DNA of 41,194 nucleotides, from the IMG/VR virus record IMGVR_UViG_3300024284_000005, positions 1-41,194 of that record; one strand, given 5' to 3'. Every line of letters starts with the position of its first letter. The first letter of the stretch is position 1. A program made the position numbers and the translations under genes. Below are positions 26,166 through 34,517 of the stretch, piece by piece. The stretch is from a virus. Lineage: Duplodnaviria; Caudoviricetes. The notes under the pieces were generated by a model. The model was not told where the DNA came from and ran no database searches. It saw only the letters and a program-made list of their open reading frames with translations.

Positions 26166-27059
26166 CTACAAAAGTGCACCGATTTTGGTGTCGGACAGAA
26201 GTGCTTTAATTCGCTCGCGATCTAGATTGTAAAACAGCAGTGCCAACGAATCGGGAAAGGTGTCCTCATAGCCGACGAAAGCTACTCGGTTTAGCTCGAC
26301 CACCCCACCACAACGAAGGGCGACAGATCGTGCCTCACGCCACCACTCCGAACGTGAGCGCACCGGGGCCAACAATGCGAGCTTCGTCCCCCGCTCAGAT
26401 TCGATAACAGCTTTAGCTAGCCACTTACGCAATTCCCGGAAGGGCGGATTGCAATACGTGAACTTGAGCCAGTTCGCCGTAAGGCCGTCGGCATGGTCGG
26501 GCGGCCCAAACAGTTTGACCGTGGCCCGTACGGTGTCGCGCGCGGCGTCCCGGGTCGCACACGGGTCACAACGGATCGCCCCGCCGAACACCGCCCGGAC
26601 GAAGTCGGAGATCGGCGCCGGGGTCAAGATCTCCTGCGGCTTCTGGGTGGTGTCCCCGACCGCTCGGGCCAACGCGTCGCTCTGTTGCCACGGGCGAAAC
26701 CGCGCCAACTTGTCGAGCGACGGCCACGAGCCCCGAAACGATAACGCACGATCGTCCAGGTACACGGAAGCCGCGGGTTTGGTCCCGGTTATCGGCAACG
26801 CGGGGAAGCCATGGCGGGCCAACCACTCGCGCATGGCCTCACGGCCCCCGGGATCCCACGTCGAACCGGGGTCGTCCTCCGACGCTTGCGCCACCGTCCG
26901 CGCCCGACACGAGAACACAATGACCTCGTGCCCCGCGGCCAGCATGGACTCGACCCATTCCCGCGCCCCGGGAACCGGATCCCCCGGCAAGTCACAAGCT
27001 CCGGTGAACCCTTGCGCATACGAGTGTAGTACGCCGTCGAAATCGACCCCGATTCGCAT
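26166..27059 (-). CDS. Fusion: HAD-family phosphatase/nucleotidase + phage Dam-like N6-adenine DNA methyltransferase
   Basis: N-half: VDFDGVL, PVPGA, VFSCR, KP...YLDDRA. C-half: TP, CDPCA, DGL..NW, YCNPPF, W..KA, LLAPVR..SEWW. Confidence 0.82.
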   Translation of the reverse strand: MRIGVDFDGVLHSYAQGFTGACDLPGDPVPGAREWVESMLAAGHEVIVFSCRARTVAQASEDDPGSTWDPGGREAMREWLARHGFPALPITGTKPAASVYLDDRALSFRGSWPSLDKLARFRPWQQSDALARAVGDTTQKPQEILTPAPISDFVRAVFGGAIRCDPCATRDAARDTVRATVKLFGPPDHADGLTANWLKFTYCNPPFRELRKWLAKAVIESERGTKLALLAPVRSRSEWWREARSVALRCGGVVELNRVAFVGYEDTFPDSLALLFYNLDRERIKALLSDTKIGALL

Positions 27060-27064
27060 GGCTG

Positions 27065-27295
27065 TTAGTTCCCCCCGACTTGATCGCAGGCAATCCCCGC
27101 GTTCGCCGTCATGACCGCTTCCCGAATCTTACGGATGGCCGCGGACTGGTCCGGCCCGACCGGGACGTAAAAAAGAATCGCGGACGCCATATCAAAGCCG
27201 GCCGTTCTAATCTGCTCGTAAGCCTCCTTTTGTTCTGCCGATGTCGGGGGGTGGTATGAGAACCAATTGCGTAGGTCTGCTTGTGTTACTGGCAT
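27065..27295 (-). CDS. Acb2/Tad1-hairpin-like small protein (candidate immune-signal sponge)
   Basis: 76 aa; FSYHPP...YEQIR...P...QSAAIRKIREAVMTANAGIA helical-hairpin pattern. Confidence 0.6.
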   Translation of the reverse strand: MPVTQADLRNWFSYHPPTSAEQKEAYEQIRTAGFDMASAILFYVPVGPDQSAAIRKIREAVMTANAGIACDQVGGN

Positions 27296-27307
27296 ATCGT
27301 CGTCCCT

Positions 27308-29281
27308 TTACGCTGCTTTGGCTTCCCCCCACGAAGGCCCGCTGCCACCTTCGGCAACAATCGGGACCCGTAAGGTTAGAGCCGATTCCATATCTGTTTT
27401 CATATCCGCCGATGCTTGTTCGACGAAATCTTCCCGGGCCTCTACGATGATCGCGTCGTGCTCTTGTCCCGCAAGATTCACCCGCACCCCGTACTCCCCG
27501 GACGCGACCCACCGGCGCCACATGGCCAGCATCGCCTTCTTACACAACCCCGCAGCACTCCCTTGTATGGGCGTGTTTATGGCTTCGTTCGCCACGTGCC
27601 ACGGAAGGTCTTTCCGCCGAGTTTTGTAGTTCCACTTAGGCGTGACGTCGAGGGGTCGACGAAATCCATCGATGGTGCGCGCATAGCCGTGCGTACGGGC
27701 GTATTCAATCGCCGCCGTATGGTAGGCCCCTACGGCCGCAAACCGGGCGAAAAAGGCTTCAATCGACCGCTCGGCATCTGCCACTGACACGCGCATCTTG
27801 ACGGCCAACGCGGGCGGGGAGATGCGATAGATGGTCGAAAAGTTCGTGGTCTTGGCGTTCACTCGTTTGGCTTCCGCCCATGTGCGAAGCATTTCGTCCA
27901 AGGTCGCCTGATGGATGTCCAAGTCGAGCCAGTAGCAAGCCATCATCTCCGGGTCCCGGGAAAGGTGGGCCATGATGCGGAGCTCGATCTGTGAGTAGTC
28001 GTAGATGATGAACCGCCACCCCGGCCGTGCAATAAGCGCCTTACGGATGGCCCGGCCTTCCTCGGTCCGGGAAGGGACATTCTGCAGATTCGGGTTGGAC
28101 GACGAAAACCGTTGGGTTTGGGTCCCCGTGAGATGCAGCGACGTGTGGAGCAACCCGTCGGCATACTGCGGGGGAAGGCTTAGCAAAGGCGTTAGGTACG
28201 TCTTGACCAACTTATCGCGCCAAGACCAGTCGAGACGAATCTGCGCCAACCGACCCCCAAGCCCGGGAAGTGTGAGGAACCGCTCGAGCGTCTCTTTATC
28301 CACGGGAAAACTATGGGTCCCGTTGCGCTTCAAGCCGTCCGTCGGCCACACCTTTAGTTCTTCGTAAGCCCACCTAGACACTTGTCGATCGTTAGATACG
28401 GCGGCCCCCATATGGAACGACTGCGGGCGCTCCACGGTGTGCATCTTGGGGTTCCCATTCTTGTAGTATTCGCCGGTGGGTTCCCGGACCTCGACGGGGA
28501 GTATTACATCCGTGGTCGTGAGGCTAAGGAACTCCGCGGCCAACCGATCCCGTTCGCCGGCGAGACGGTCCATCTGCTCCCGCACCCGGCCGGCATCCAC
28601 CGGGGTCCCCCACTCTTCGATGGAGCGGCACACCTCGACCAACGGCATGTCCAGGTCGTGATAGTGCTCCAACAACCCGTCCCGCCCGAGTTGTTGATAG
28701 GCCGCTTCCCCGATCTTCAGGGTGAGCCACGCATCCCGGGCCGCGTACGGGGCCATCTCCGCCGCGGGGATGTCGCGGGCTTGTCGACCCTTGGCCAACA
28801 ACCGGAACGAATCCCCGTCCTCGTAGCCGCGCGCCACGGCCAATTTCTTGAGTGCCAACGCCTTATGGTCCGCGCCCCATCCGGCCAACCACGCGGCGAC
28901 TTGCGAGCAGCACAAACGCCCATGCGCCGAGTGCGGCACCCGTACGCCGATGTTGCGGAGGATCTGTAACTCGGCCTTGAGGTTGTGCGACCAGATGCGC
29001 CGTTCCCCGAACGTGCCGATCAACCATTCGAGGAAAGCCCGCGCTTCGTCGAGCGGCACGTTCGGGCCGCCCTCTGCGTGATCGACGGGAAAGTAAAGCG
29101 CGACTTTATCTCCGGGGGGTGCCACCGAGAACCCCGTAAGCGTTGCGGAGTACCAGTCCAACCACGTGCTTTGCCGGCCTTTCACTTCCCGCCCGGACAT
29201 TTCGGTGTCGAACCCGATCGGCGCGGTCGGGTCGCACTCGAGGGCCTTACGCATCGCAGAGAGATCTGTTGATAGATACAT
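27308..29281 (-). CDS. polA: DNA polymerase, family A (3'-5' exonuclease + polymerase, no 5'-3' exonuclease)
   Basis: GFDTE, HNLK, YAARDA; TQRFSSSNPNLQNVP; motif A DYSQIELR; motif B R..AK..NF..IY; NTPIQGSAA; motif C HD. Confidence 0.95.
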   Translation of the reverse strand: MYLSTDLSAMRKALECDPTAPIGFDTEMSGREVKGRQSTWLDWYSATLTGFSVAPPGDKVALYFPVDHAEGGPNVPLDEARAFLEWLIGTFGERRIWSHNLKAELQILRNIGVRVPHSAHGRLCCSQVAAWLAGWGADHKALALKKLAVARGYEDGDSFRLLAKGRQARDIPAAEMAPYAARDAWLTLKIGEAAYQQLGRDGLLEHYHDLDMPLVEVCRSIEEWGTPVDAGRVREQMDRLAGERDRLAAEFLSLTTTDVILPVEVREPTGEYYKNGNPKMHTVERPQSFHMGAAVSNDRQVSRWAYEELKVWPTDGLKRNGTHSFPVDKETLERFLTLPGLGGRLAQIRLDWSWRDKLVKTYLTPLLSLPPQYADGLLHTSLHLTGTQTQRFSSSNPNLQNVPSRTEEGRAIRKALIARPGWRFIIYDYSQIELRIMAHLSRDPEMMACYWLDLDIHQATLDEMLRTWAEAKRVNAKTTNFSTIYRISPPALAVKMRVSVADAERSIEAFFARFAAVGAYHTAAIEYARTHGYARTIDGFRRPLDVTPKWNYKTRRKDLPWHVANEAINTPIQGSAAGLCKKAMLAMWRRWVASGEYGVRVNLAGQEHDAIIVEAREDFVEQASADMKTDMESALTLRVPIVAEGGSGPSWGEAKAA

Positions 29282-29301
29282 AAGGCCCCCGGGGTTACGG
29301 A

Positions 29302-29649
29302 TCAGTCAGGAAGATCGGCGGATTCGTCGAACAACGCGCCATCGGCGGGCGCGGCTTTCGGGCCACCCGTACGGACCCGGGCGCGCGGGGGCTTCCCGCC
29401 GGCTTCCCGTTCCCGTGGCTCCCGGTCCGCTCCGCGTTCCTCTTGCGGATACACGTTGACCCACACCACCTCGGGGTCTAACGTCACCTTGCGCTCGAGA
29501 ACCAACGAGAACCCGCCTTCGATTTTCGACGGGAACAACGCTCCGATCGGACAATACTTACGGGTGACCGATTCTCCCTTATAGTTGGGGTAGGTGATAT
29601 CTTCCCCGTCTTTGCGGGAAATCGTTACACGGTGGGTCGGTTTGGGCAT
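29302..29649 (-). CDS. Putative single-stranded DNA-binding protein
   Basis: Between ERF and polymerase; small beta domain (IGALFP...GFSLVL), flexible tail ending in acidic LFDESADLPD. Confidence 0.5.
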   Translation of the reverse strand: MPKPTHRVTISRKDGEDITYPNYKGESVTRKYCPIGALFPSKIEGGFSLVLERKVTLDPEVVWVNVYPQEERGADREPREREAGGKPPRARVRTGGPKAAPADGALFDESADLPD

Positions 29650-29655
29650 CGGGAC

Positions 29656-30381
29656 TTAGGCAGCTTTCTTGTTGGAGGAAAACGCTTCGTGTTGCGCCGC
29701 GTAGGCAGCCTTGATTTCTTTCCACTCGGGGGCCTTGGCGTACTGTGCGACCCGTTGTTTGAGCGCGAGCAGTTCCGTTAGGTTTTGGGCCGCCGCGATG
29801 TCGTCGAGGATTGCGGGGGCCGGGGCCGCCTTACTAACTGTCGCCTCCGGGGTGTGGTGGTCCGCATCATCCAAGCCTTCCACGGGGATGCAGAACGCTT
29901 CAAACGCCATGTACTTGAAGGCCATCGACATCGCCTTAGACGTCGCCTTGTCGGCGGTGTCCGCCGCTTCGCTGGCCATCCGCACGACTTGTGTAGAGCC
30001 GTCCTCCACGGCTGTCAGGTGGTAATCGACGAGTAGTGACACATGGTATTGCGTCGACCCGGACTTAGTCGTGCGCTCCGTCTGGGTCCGGCTTACCACG
30101 TACGGAATGATCAACAAGCCCGCGTCGACCAGCACCGACGACAACACATTCAGCACATCATCGATGCCGCGGAAGTTGAACCCTTGGGCCTTGTTCTCGG
30201 AACGCTTGTCGATTCCAAGCTCCGACAACCGCGCCGATACCTTGTGCATTGCCCGCAACACGCCCAACCGGGCAACGTACGGGGGCCAGTGACGTTCCTC
30301 TTGTGCAAAATCCACCGCTTTACCACCGGGTAAAAAGGTCGGGTTTTGTAAACTCGGGTCTATGGGATCAACGAATGCCAT
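29656..30381 (-). CDS. erf: ERF-family ssDNA annealing protein
   Basis: N..QGFNFRGIDDV; D.ADKATSKAMS.A.KY....AFCIP...DDAD. Confidence 0.9.
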   Translation of the reverse strand: MAFVDPIDPSLQNPTFLPGGKAVDFAQEERHWPPYVARLGVLRAMHKVSARLSELGIDKRSENKAQGFNFRGIDDVLNVLSSVLVDAGLLIIPYVVSRTQTERTTKSGSTQYHVSLLVDYHLTAVEDGSTQVVRMASEAADTADKATSKAMSMAFKYMAFEAFCIPVEGLDDADHHTPEATVSKAAPAPAILDDIAAAQNLTELLALKQRVAQYAKAPEWKEIKAAYAAQHEAFSSNKKAA

Positions 30382-31121
30382 TCTTTGCGAAACCTTTCTA
30401 ACTCCCCGAACATCCAAGTTTGAAAGTCGGGGGCAATCTCGTAGACCAGGTCGTAACGATCGGTGCCGCCTTGCAACGCGACGATCGTTCCGTGGTCGGC
30501 TTCCAACACATGCATCTGGACTTGGAGTTGGACCCAGTACTTGAGGGGGACCTCGGGGGGACCGAACTTAGGTAAGACTTCCTGCAACTGGATTCTAGTA
30601 AGTCCCCGCCATAACGCGGCGGGGGTGTCATCCTTCGGGGGACCGGGGACCGGACAAGACGTGACCTCACGATAGATGGCCGTCGGCAACGGGAATTGCT
30701 TGGGCCATCCTTTGGTGGTGCGGGTGGCCGCGTGCCAGTTCGGGCGCGACGACCACATAGAGACCTTGATCTCCACCGGTTCGTCATCGACGACCGCGTC
30801 CGGAGTGGCCGCCAACCACGAATAAGCGGGACTTTGTACGAGCCCGATGTCGAGCTCCACATGGGCCGGCAACGCTTGGTCCGCCAACCACCACTCGAAT
30901 ACGCCGCGCTCGAGGTGTCGACCCGCGGCCACCATCGGCACGTGCAATTCCTTCCGGGGGGCGGGGTCCAACTTGTCCCGCAACACCGATCGTCGAGACC
31001 GTGTGTCCAACCCTAACACCGCGGGGACGTCCGAGGCTGTTAGGTAGAACTTACGCGCGGCCAACCATGCGATCCGGTCGTCCGTGGGAATCAGAGTGCG
31101 GCTTCGCCAAGTTCGCAGCAT
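30360..31121 (-). CDS. YqaJ / lambda-exonuclease family nuclease
   Basis: WLAARK..LTASDV..VLG; GRHLE; LAATPD; VEIK; YWVQLQVQM. Confidence 0.9.
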   Translation of the reverse strand: MLRTWRSRTLIPTDDRIAWLAARKFYLTASDVPAVLGLDTRSRRSVLRDKLDPAPRKELHVPMVAAGRHLERGVFEWWLADQALPAHVELDIGLVQSPAYSWLAATPDAVVDDEPVEIKVSMWSSRPNWHAATRTTKGWPKQFPLPTAIYREVTSCPVPGPPKDDTPAALWRGLTRIQLQEVLPKFGPPEVPLKYWVQLQVQMHVLEADHGTIVALQGGTDRYDLVYEIAPDFQTWMFGELERFRKEWHSLIP

Positions 31122-31181
31122 CGGACCCCATCTCTACGGACCCCGACTTACGCCGTCGATGGAGTGCGATCCCACGTTTAT

Positions 31182-31496
31182 TTAGGATAAGGCCCGCCGA
31201 CGGTAGACCCGTACGCCCCGGGGTCGTCGACGTCGACAAGTCCAACCCCCAAGCACCCGTAAGGCCAACCCGACCCGAATCGCGTCGCTTGGCGCGGCCC
31301 CCAAGGCCCGTAGCAGCTCCGGCATGGTCCACTCTTCCCGTTCCCCGGCCACGGCGGCCACGTGCTCCAGGAAGCCTTCCACCCGGTGCCGGTCCAACAG
31401 ATCGGGGCCGCGGATGGTCAACCCTTCCGCCGCGTCCAACACCCCGGGCCACTGCGCAAAGTCTGCCGCGATCTGACTACTTAGATCGACCCACAT
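31182..31496 (-). CDS. Hypothetical protein with winged-helix-like C-terminus
   Basis: ATG at 31496; TMPELLRALG...RVGLALRVLGGW..RR...RVY resembles the C-terminal wHTH of VirE/VapE-type proteins. Confidence 0.55.
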   Translation of the reverse strand: MWVDLSSQIAADFAQWPGVLDAAEGLTIRGPDLLDRHRVEGFLEHVAAVAGEREEWTMPELLRALGAAPSDAIRVGLALRVLGGWTCRRRRPRGVRVYRRRALS

Positions 31497-31671
31497 AACG
31501 CCCCCGGGCTTGGTCCTCGGCCATCTGGATATGGCACGACGGCGGAAATAGGTGCGGGTACTTTTCCCACAAGGCAAACGCACGTCGACCCGGACGGATC
31601 GCGTCGATCCGGTAGTGGTCGTCGGTACTCGGTTTGTAGTTGGCCGCAATCGGCATGTGAGGTACAGGCAT
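31477..31671 (-). CDS. Small hypothetical protein
   Basis: First ORF left of the divergent control region; overlaps the next gene. Confidence 0.45.
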   Translation of the reverse strand: MPVPHMPIAANYKPSTDDHYRIDAIRPGRRAFALWEKYPHLFPPSCHIQMAEDQARGRYVGRSK

Positions 31672-31738
31672 GACCACGTTAGTATGTGCCGACGTCAATA
31701 CACCCCGACCCTATCTAAACGCGGGGACATAGGTGGAC

Positions 31739-31767
31739 TTGACGCCCCCTCCGCGCGACTTTAGATC
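31739..31767 (+). promoter_or_regulatory. Candidate sigma70-type rightward promoter
   Basis: TTGACG-N17-TAGATC in the divergent intergenic region. Confidence 0.5.
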
Positions 31768-32016
31768 TCTTCTTCCCGTTCCCCCAAAGTCCCCCTGCTA
31801 GGGGGGCTGCGGGAGTGGGGGTCAAATACACCGGCCCAATCCAAAGCATCGGGGTCTAACCCTCTCCCCGTCCTCGCGCCGCCCCCTAAGCGGGCGGCGG
31901 GAACGACAATTACTAATTAGTAGTCGTCGGGTTTTCGGGTCCCGAGACCTATCTAAATACACGCGGGACCGTCGCACATTGCCGCAGAACGGGAAGAGCA
32001 AGACATACCGGGTCCG

Positions 32017-32346
32017 ATGCCCGACGAAGCCCCGATCATAGTGTTTACCGAACGCAACCCGACGAAGGGCGAACCCGATAATCCGATCCCCGTCGAGGTC
32101 CCCGGCCAAGCCGGACGGTTCGCGGAAATCCTACAAGGGCTTGACTACCGCTTTACCGCCCGTCTCACCCAGAACGTGGTCGTGCTGTCCATCGCCGGAC
32201 CCTTACATCCCGGGGTCCCCGGACGTTCGGGTGTGGTCGCATCGATGGCCGGACCCAACGACGGCGCCGCATACCGCGCCATGGCCCCGATCGTCATCCA
32301 CGCCGCTTACGCCCAGTTGTTTCCCGGTCCCTTAGCAAGTGCTTAG
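32017..32346 (+). CDS. Hypothetical protein
   Basis: First rightward ORF after the control region, 109 aa. Confidence 0.6.
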   Translation: MPDEAPIIVFTERNPTKGEPDNPIPVEVPGQAGRFAEILQGLDYRFTARLTQNVVVLSIAGPLHPGVPGRSGVVASMAGPNDGAAYRAMAPIVIHAAYAQLFPGPLASA

Positions 32347-32418
32347 GCCCACGCCGGCCTCCGCTTAGCCCGTTCCCCGCCGTTCCCGTCCCCGCCCCCG
32401 AAAGGAACCGCCCCGAAC

Positions 32419-33198
32419 ATGTACCGCCGCCTCTCCGAAGTTGTCGCCGACGTCCGCAAAGACCCTTCCGCCGCCCCAGTGACCTCGTACGGCCTTTCGC
32501 TGCTCCACTCGTGCCCCAATACCCCGGGAACCCTAATCGTCGTAGGAGGGCGCACAGGCGCCGGAAAGAGCTATTTCGGTTTGACGCTGCTCGCCGAATG
32601 CTCGACCCCGGGGGCCTACGTAAGCCTGGAAGACCCTCCAACGGAAGTGGCCCGGAGAGTCGCGGCCATGCCCGGCCACCGGTTGTCCGAGGTCCTACTC
32701 GTCACTCCCCGTCGTTCCCGTCTTTCACACATCTGTCGGGAGATCGAACAACTGTTTACCGATGGCCATTCGCCCCGGATGGTTGTAATCGACTATATCC
32801 AGTTGGTTGGTTACGACGGGGAAATGCCCGCGTGGTCTCAGACGGACCAGATCGGGTTGACGATCCAGGAATTGAAGGCCGTGGCCCGAGAACGCGGCTT
32901 CGTGCTGGTCGTGCTTTGCCAGCTGCGGCGACCGAACCGCGAAGACTTCGACGGCTTCCCGACGTTGTGGGATCTGCGCGACTCGTCGAATCTCGAGAAC
33001 TCCGCGGAGGTGGTGGTGCTGCTCCAGGCCCACGAAGACCAACGGTTAGAAGCGCGGGTTGCCAAGAACAAGAGCGGGGCCACGGGCGGGCGGGCGTTCT
33101 TCGAACGCGGGCCGTGCGGGTTCCTCCGGGCGATCGTGCCGGTCGTCGACCGGGAGATCTTCGCACCCGTCCATGACCTTTTCGACGAAGCCGCCTAG
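32419..33198 (+). CDS. DnaB-like (SF4) helicase ATPase domain, lacking the N-terminal domain
   Basis: AAAGGA RBS; GGRTGAGKS, YVSLED, VIDYIQL, LCQLRR, LRDSSNLENSAEVVVLL, VAKNKSG; only 259 aa. Confidence 0.88.
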   Translation: MYRRLSEVVADVRKDPSAAPVTSYGLSLLHSCPNTPGTLIVVGGRTGAGKSYFGLTLLAECSTPGAYVSLEDPPTEVARRVAAMPGHRLSEVLLVTPRRSRLSHICREIEQLFTDGHSPRMVVIDYIQLVGYDGEMPAWSQTDQIGLTIQELKAVARERGFVLVVLCQLRRPNREDFDGFPTLWDLRDSSNLENSAEVVVLLQAHEDQRLEARVAKNKSGATGGRAFFERGPCGFLRAIVPVVDREIFAPVHDLFDEAA

Positions 33199-33208
33199 GA
33201 GCTCCGAT

Positions 33209-33763
33209 ATGACTACAACTGTAAACGGTTCATTTCCGCAGAAACCTACCAACGTACACGCGTTGTCCGACGCAGAACGCAAGCTCCTTTTCGGGACCTT
33301 CACGTTCAAACCGAATCCGTTGCCCGGAAACCCGGAAGCGATCGCCGTGGACCCCGGTTGGACTCGGGCCAACATTGTGTCCGTCGACATCCCGCAGTTG
33401 GCCGCGTTGAAAAAGCGCGCGACCTTCCCGGTCCCGTGTCACAAAGCCATCGCCATGCAGCTGGTCGGCATGTTCGACGCGTGGGCCGCCGCGGGGTTGT
33501 CCGACCGGGTCCTATCGTACGACGGCTGTTATGTGCCGCGGTTTATTCGGGGGTCGAAAATCAAGTTGTCTAACCACTCGTGGGGAACGGCTATCGATCT
33601 GAACGCTCGTTGGAACCCGTTGGGGACCTATCCATCCAAAATAGGGGAAACGGGTTGTGTCCGAGAGTTAGTCGAAATCGCGTTGGCCCACGGGTTTTAT
33701 TGGGGTGGGTGGTTCTCGAGTCGTCGGGACCCGCAGCATTTCGAAGCCTTCCGCATCCTCTAG
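33209..33763 (+). CDS. Endolysin, M15-family zinc peptidase
   Basis: AGGAG RBS, ATG at 33209; GCYVPR, SNHSWGTAIDLN, FYWGG, DPQHFE. Confidence 0.9.
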   Translation: MTTTVNGSFPQKPTNVHALSDAERKLLFGTFTFKPNPLPGNPEAIAVDPGWTRANIVSVDIPQLAALKKRATFPVPCHKAIAMQLVGMFDAWAAAGLSDRVLSYDGCYVPRFIRGSKIKLSNHSWGTAIDLNARWNPLGTYPSKIGETGCVRELVEIALAHGFYWGGWFSSRRDPQHFEAFRIL

Positions 33764-34344
33764 GAAGCGGCCTCCGGGGGTGCGGGGACCCCGAGATCGT
33801 TTGCCAGCTCCCGAGGTAGCCGGGGGATCTCGGGGATTGACTTGGCCCATCGTTCGAGGGCTTCGTTACGCTCTGCATCGCCCGCGGTGTTGACCGGGAA
33901 TGCAATCAACGTTGCGACCAGTGTCTCATAGTACACGTGGAACGCTTCGGCGCTCGGGAGTTGATCGGCCGCCGCTTTCAGTAGCGTGACCCCCATATGC
34001 ATAGCGTGCTGGACTATCTTCGCACGGGCCTCCGCATCGGAACGGCGGACCACCCCCGGTCCCCGTCCGAGCGCAGGTTGGGCCTCGGCTTCGCATATGA
34101 AGAAGCCCCGACGTAGCAGCATATCCCCGAGACGTTGGTTGACTATGTTCGGAAATATGATGTCACGATCCTTGGGGAGTGTGTCGAGCCATCGCCCGAC
34201 GTCCCCGCTGCCTTCCCGGTCAGCGATAACTAACGGAATGTATATCTTCCCGTCTGGTTGTTCGATTGCATAGCCGCGGACCCCGGGGGCGTGGTGGGGT
34301 TCTTGGCCCGGGATCAGTGGTTCGCCTGGTTGTGAGAAATGCAT
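33760..34344 (-). CDS. Hypothetical protein, N-terminal degenerate GNAT-like domain
   Basis: IYIPLVIADREGSGDVGRWL...FPNIVNQRL..MLLRRGF pattern. Confidence 0.55.
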   Translation of the reverse strand: MHFSQPGEPLIPGQEPHHAPGVRGYAIEQPDGKIYIPLVIADREGSGDVGRWLDTLPKDRDIIFPNIVNQRLGDMLLRRGFFICEAEAQPALGRGPGVVRRSDAEARAKIVQHAMHMGVTLLKAAADQLPSAEAFHVYYETLVATLIAFPVNTAGDAERNEALERWAKSIPEIPRLPRELANDLGVPAPPEAAS

Positions 34345-34346
34345 GG

Positions 34347-34517
34347 TCAGGTCCCCGCCGCTTTCTTCTTTAGGTTGTCCACGTATCGCAAGAATGCGGA
34401 CAGCACTTCGGGTTCTAGCACAATGATATTAGTGTCCTGTATTCCGTTAGATGTCGTTAGGACCACCGCGAAACCATCGAACTCCACGTAAGCGCCGTCA
34501 CCGATATATTCTTTCAC
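34347..34517 (-). CDS. Small conserved phage protein (56 aa; not in ORF track)
   Basis: Hand translation MKEYIGDGAYVEFDGFAVVLTT...IVLEPEVL...; AAGGAG RBS; GTGA overlap with the upstream stop. Confidence 0.7.
   Translation of the reverse strand: MKEYIGDGAYVEFDGFAVVLTTSNGIQDTNIIVLEPEVLSAFLRYVDNLKKKAAGT

Noticed and set aside
25404-29281. Z-genome (2-aminoadenine) or 7-deazaguanine system
   Set aside because: No purZ, datZ, folE, queC/D/E or dpdA recognised; DUF5664 alone is insufficient
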